A DNA stretch of 52,493 nt, counting the filler, from Catajapyx aquilonaris (Eukaryota): NCBI GenBank assembly GCA_000934665.2. It is 2 parts of 2 records of this genome, joined end to end, with 100 filler letters (N's around TTAATTAATTAA, not from the genome) between each part and the next. Parts side by side here need not be neighbours in the genome. Positions count along the whole stretch, not along the records: positions 26,319 to 52,493 come from JYFJ02005240.1; 1 more part is not named here. One strand, 5' to 3'. A model generated the notes under the pieces. That model was not told the DNA's origin. It made no database searches and worked only from the letters and a program-made list of their open reading frames with translations. Below are positions 49,355 through 52,493 of the stretch, one piece after another. A program made the position numbers and the translations under genes. Numbering within the stretch: position 1 is the first letter of the stretch; each line of letters opens with the position of its first letter.

Positions 49355-49423
49355 AGGCCCATTCACACAGGCCGTCGACGAGAACTAAAACCAAAACTGT
49401 CGACGGCCTGTGTGAATGGGCCT
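49355..49423. mobile_element. 69-bp PIF/Harbinger-like MITE
   Basis: 25-bp perfect TIR AGGCCCATTCACACAGGCCGTCGAC; 3-bp TSD TGA. Confidence 0.8.
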
Positions 49424-49609
49424 TGATACTGTCGCCTCCTGCCACCTCCTGGGCATACATGGAAGTAATTCTTGCATATTTGGAGAATGCTGTGACTCAT
49501 AATATCTCTTATGAATGTGAATTTTTATGTAATGTTTTATCAGTATAATACAGTACCTGCTACATTCTATCCGATCCATCGCTCCATTCTCTTCTGTGTC
49601 TATTTCTAT

Positions 49610-49792
49610 CTCGTCGAAAAGCTTTTTCAGTGAATTGTCCTGTCGCCGAAAAGTGTGCTCGCCCAACTGTAATTTCGCCGAAAACCGTTTTCGGTGAATG
49701 GTCCTGTCGCCGAAAAATGCGTTCGGCGAATTTCATTTTCGCCGAATGGTAGTCGCCGAATGGTCATTCGCCGAGTTTTCTTTCGCCCGAGT
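49610..49792. repeat. Short degenerate array of TCGCCGAA motifs
   Basis: About 10 copies at roughly 15-nt spacing, some inverted. Confidence 0.75.
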
Positions 49793-49931
49793 TTATCGGG
49801 AAACCCTATTTTTAATAATAGCTGCTTTTCAAAGTTTGCATCCGTAAGCTTTCCCCTTCTCAGTGTAAAAACTGCACGAAAAAGTAACTTTGTAACTTTC
49901 GTTACCGTTACTGTTTAAAGCTAACTAGTTA

Positions 49932-50255
49932 GGGGCCGTGCAAATACCACGTGATGAATTTTAGGCCACTTTTTGACCCCCTCCCCCCTCCCCCCTTTTC
50001 ACGTGGGTTTTTAAAATGTCAATGTTATCAGAAAAACGCGATCGAAAATGATAGCTCCTCAACGAAACTGTTTAAGCACATAAAAAACATGTCTCCCCAT
50101 GTTTTCGGGGTCGCTGATTTCGAAATTTAGGTTATTTTGAACCCATGTGCATCTGTAAAAGCTCCCATATGTGTCAATTCACCGTGATACCACGTGAATT
50201 TTCGCTGACCCCCCCCCCTCCCCCCAAAACGGTCACGTGGTATTTGCACGACCCC
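49932..50255. mobile_element. PIF/Harbinger MITE inserted in a GTAAC-rich hAT-like relic
   Basis: TIR GGGG(C/T)CGTGCAAATACCACGTGA; TTA at 49929-31 and 50256-58. Confidence 0.85.
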
Positions 50256-51392
50256 TTACGAATACAAGTTACTTGTGCACAAAAGTAACGAAATTACCGG
50301 GAAAAATACTCAAAAAGTAACTAGTTACTAGTAACGCGTTATTTCTACTCAGGTACTACCAAACTCTGAAAAAGACTGCGCCCTGTAATGATTGCCAATC
50401 TGACATAATGTGGATCCAAACATATGATTTCCCTTTTTTTCTATGACCTTCCAAACTTGCAGGTGAATTATCCCAACTTGAGCTTTTTGGACTTGGGCCA
50501 CTTTTGTTCTAAGCGCCTCAATTATGTGCCGATGGAACAAATAAAGCTCTCTCCTGAAAAGTTTCTATTTTGGTACTTGAGACGTTGTAGCAGAACACCC
50601 TTCATATACAATCAAACACAAAACAAAGTTGCTCCCTTGGTTCTATGGACTTGGTCAGAAGCAACATATTTTTTGAGTTAATTCATGCATTGGTGTGACA
50701 GTCGGCAAATGATGAAGTCCAGTATGTTAAATGTTTGAGAAAAGTGCGAGATGCAAGCCACTGACTACACTGACACTTTTCGTACATGCGAAATAAGACA
50801 GTAATGACTGATTCTGGTGTGGGCACAAGGGAACCAACGTATTGTGTTACAGGATGGTGACCTTGATTGTTGTCCTACCAAAAAAGACGGTGTCTACTTT
50901 GTAGTCAGACCTCGTTTTCCTTCCACCTTCTGCGTTCTGACATCCCCACTGATCACACATCAATCTTTAACTTTGGGTCACCGAAGCTGGCTTGAGTCGC
51001 ATATGACTTGCACAACATAACTTATGGTATCTGGTGATTAACGGTGGCCACTGGTGCTGTTGCGCAAATAAAAGCCTAATCAATCCTCTTGCCTGGCCTT
51101 TTTGCCTTGTATACATAAGGTGCATGACTGCATGTGTACCTCTTTAACTGTAGGATGGCAATTGAGACTCGCCAGCATCAGGTGCTTGCACATGGTTTAT
51201 GGAGGTCGCAATAGGCTACTGGTTGCAAAAACATAGCTAGTATTCTCCATTATTGGACCTAAGATTCCACTATTAACAGAAATCTTCACGTCAAATCCCA
51301 CGGTAATTACATACCATGCATCTGAAATGGATTTGAAAAGGGCGGAATAATATCATCAGCCATTTTCAATCAAATTTCACCCTGCTCATGTA

Positions 51393-51604
51393 CCCCCGCG
51401 AGCATAAAGATGGAGACGGCAGGCCCTTTTTTGACCTTTCTTTATCAGACTCAAATTAATGAACTATTTTTTGGACCGAGTTAGCTGCTTCAGGCGTGTG
51501 TTCGTGTATTTATGACAGTATATTTGATACCGTAATTGCTGAGATTGACAGAGCAGCCTGCCGAAGGTGAGGGCCGGCCGTCTCCATCTTTATGCTCGCG
51601 GGTG
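51393..51604. mobile_element. TA-flanked MITE, inverted copy of 2229-2442
   Basis: Same TIR and interior in reverse orientation. Confidence 0.85.
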
Positions 51605-51925
51605 TACATATCAATAGTATCGATCCTATCGTCTGATCGTTTGCTTTTGCCAACTACGAAGTGCATGAAGTGTTGCGCGGGTGTCAGGATGGCCGCGCAA
51701 GTGGCGGGGATCCTTTCCTTACAAGTCCCCAATAAAATACATTGCATGCGTTCTGCTGACAAAATAGTGGGATCTCAAATATTCATGACTTTGGATAAGA
51801 ACTGTCCAACAAACTCGCCTGTGGATAATGTTTGATGGGTCGAAGTGCGTCTCTCACGTCCGTGAAGTTGGCGTAGCCAGTCGTCGGAATTACCTGTCCA
51901 GTGATGTGGTCCAATTGTTCCAAGA

Positions 51926-52286
51926 GAGTTCCACAATGTTCCACAGCCAGATCAATTTGTTCCAATCCAGGAAACTTTTTATTTAAAAAAATAAATTGGC
52001 GGCGCCAAATTCACGACCGGCACCACCAACTACATATTTGGCACAAAAACCATTGCGGATCGCTTGTTCTGAGTGAGTTCCACGTTGTTCCACCGCCAGA
52101 TCAATTTGTTCCAATCTCGTAAATTTTTTATTTAAAAAAATAACTTGGCGGTGCCAACTTCACGGTGGCACCTCTAATTGCATAGGAGGGTCAAAAACAT
52201 GGGGATCGCTTGTTCTGACTGAGTTCCACGTTGTTCCACCGCCAGAACAATTTGTTCCAATCACGTAAATTTTTTATTTAAAAAAC
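51926..52286 (+). repeat. Tandem repeat, about 148-bp unit, 2.5 copies
   Basis: GAGTTCCAC...GCCAGA(T/A)CAATTTGTTCCAATC...TTTTTATTTAAAAAA starts at 51926, 52075 and 52221. Confidence 0.85.
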
Positions 52287-52493
52287 CAGCGACACTTACA
52301 TGTACAGTTCCACCTGACGTTTGCAATTCTTACTGATTTTTAACAGCTCGAATTACCCGTCCCATGGGTCACCTTACACAATTCATGTGGATTACCCTTT
52401 TAATTTCATGTGACTCAGACCTGACAATGCAATATAGAGTGTGTCTCCCAGAATTTTTCCAAAATGGAAAAAGTGTTAGTTTAAGAATGTATG

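Noticed and set aside
49610..49792. Regularly spaced short repeats as a possible CRISPR array
   Set aside because: Units are about 8-15 nt, degenerate, without unique 30-40-nt spacers; eukaryotic context and no cas genes.
46713..52493. Upstream Nmdar1 amino-terminal-domain exons
   Set aside because: No ORF here resembles GluN1; they probably lie beyond the window, though a short exon could have been missed.

Overview
Eukaryotic (metazoan, probably arthropod: TTAGG repeats, Nin- and V-type SINEs) genomic DNA with GT-AG introns and very dense mobile-element content. Four host genes are supported. (1) A complete 7-exon CTP synthase on the minus strand (14627-11830, 589 aa after splicing). (2) Tail-to-tail with it, a 3-exon orphan coiled-coil gene on the plus strand (9815-11660, about 390 aa, four 47-aa repeats). 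(3) A divergent EIF1AD-like coding exon (22553-22918, +). (4) The 3' part of an NMDA receptor GluN1 gene (three exons, 46303-41610, -). The rest is LINE relics, four tRNA-derived SINE families, many MITEs and foldbacks (Tc1/mariner, hAT, PIF/Harbinger, P-like, Kolobok-like, Sola-like), two Sola transposase relics, and (GT)n-embedded elements carrying TTAGG arrays. The most notable unexplained signal is a window-wide excess of TA-NNN(N)-TA words that look like transposon excision footprints, with strong strand asymmetry for TAGGCTA. A synthetic gap linker at 26219-26318 means the two halves may not be truly adjacent. All counts and alignments were made by eye; superfamily labels rest on recalled TSD/TIR rules, not database searches.
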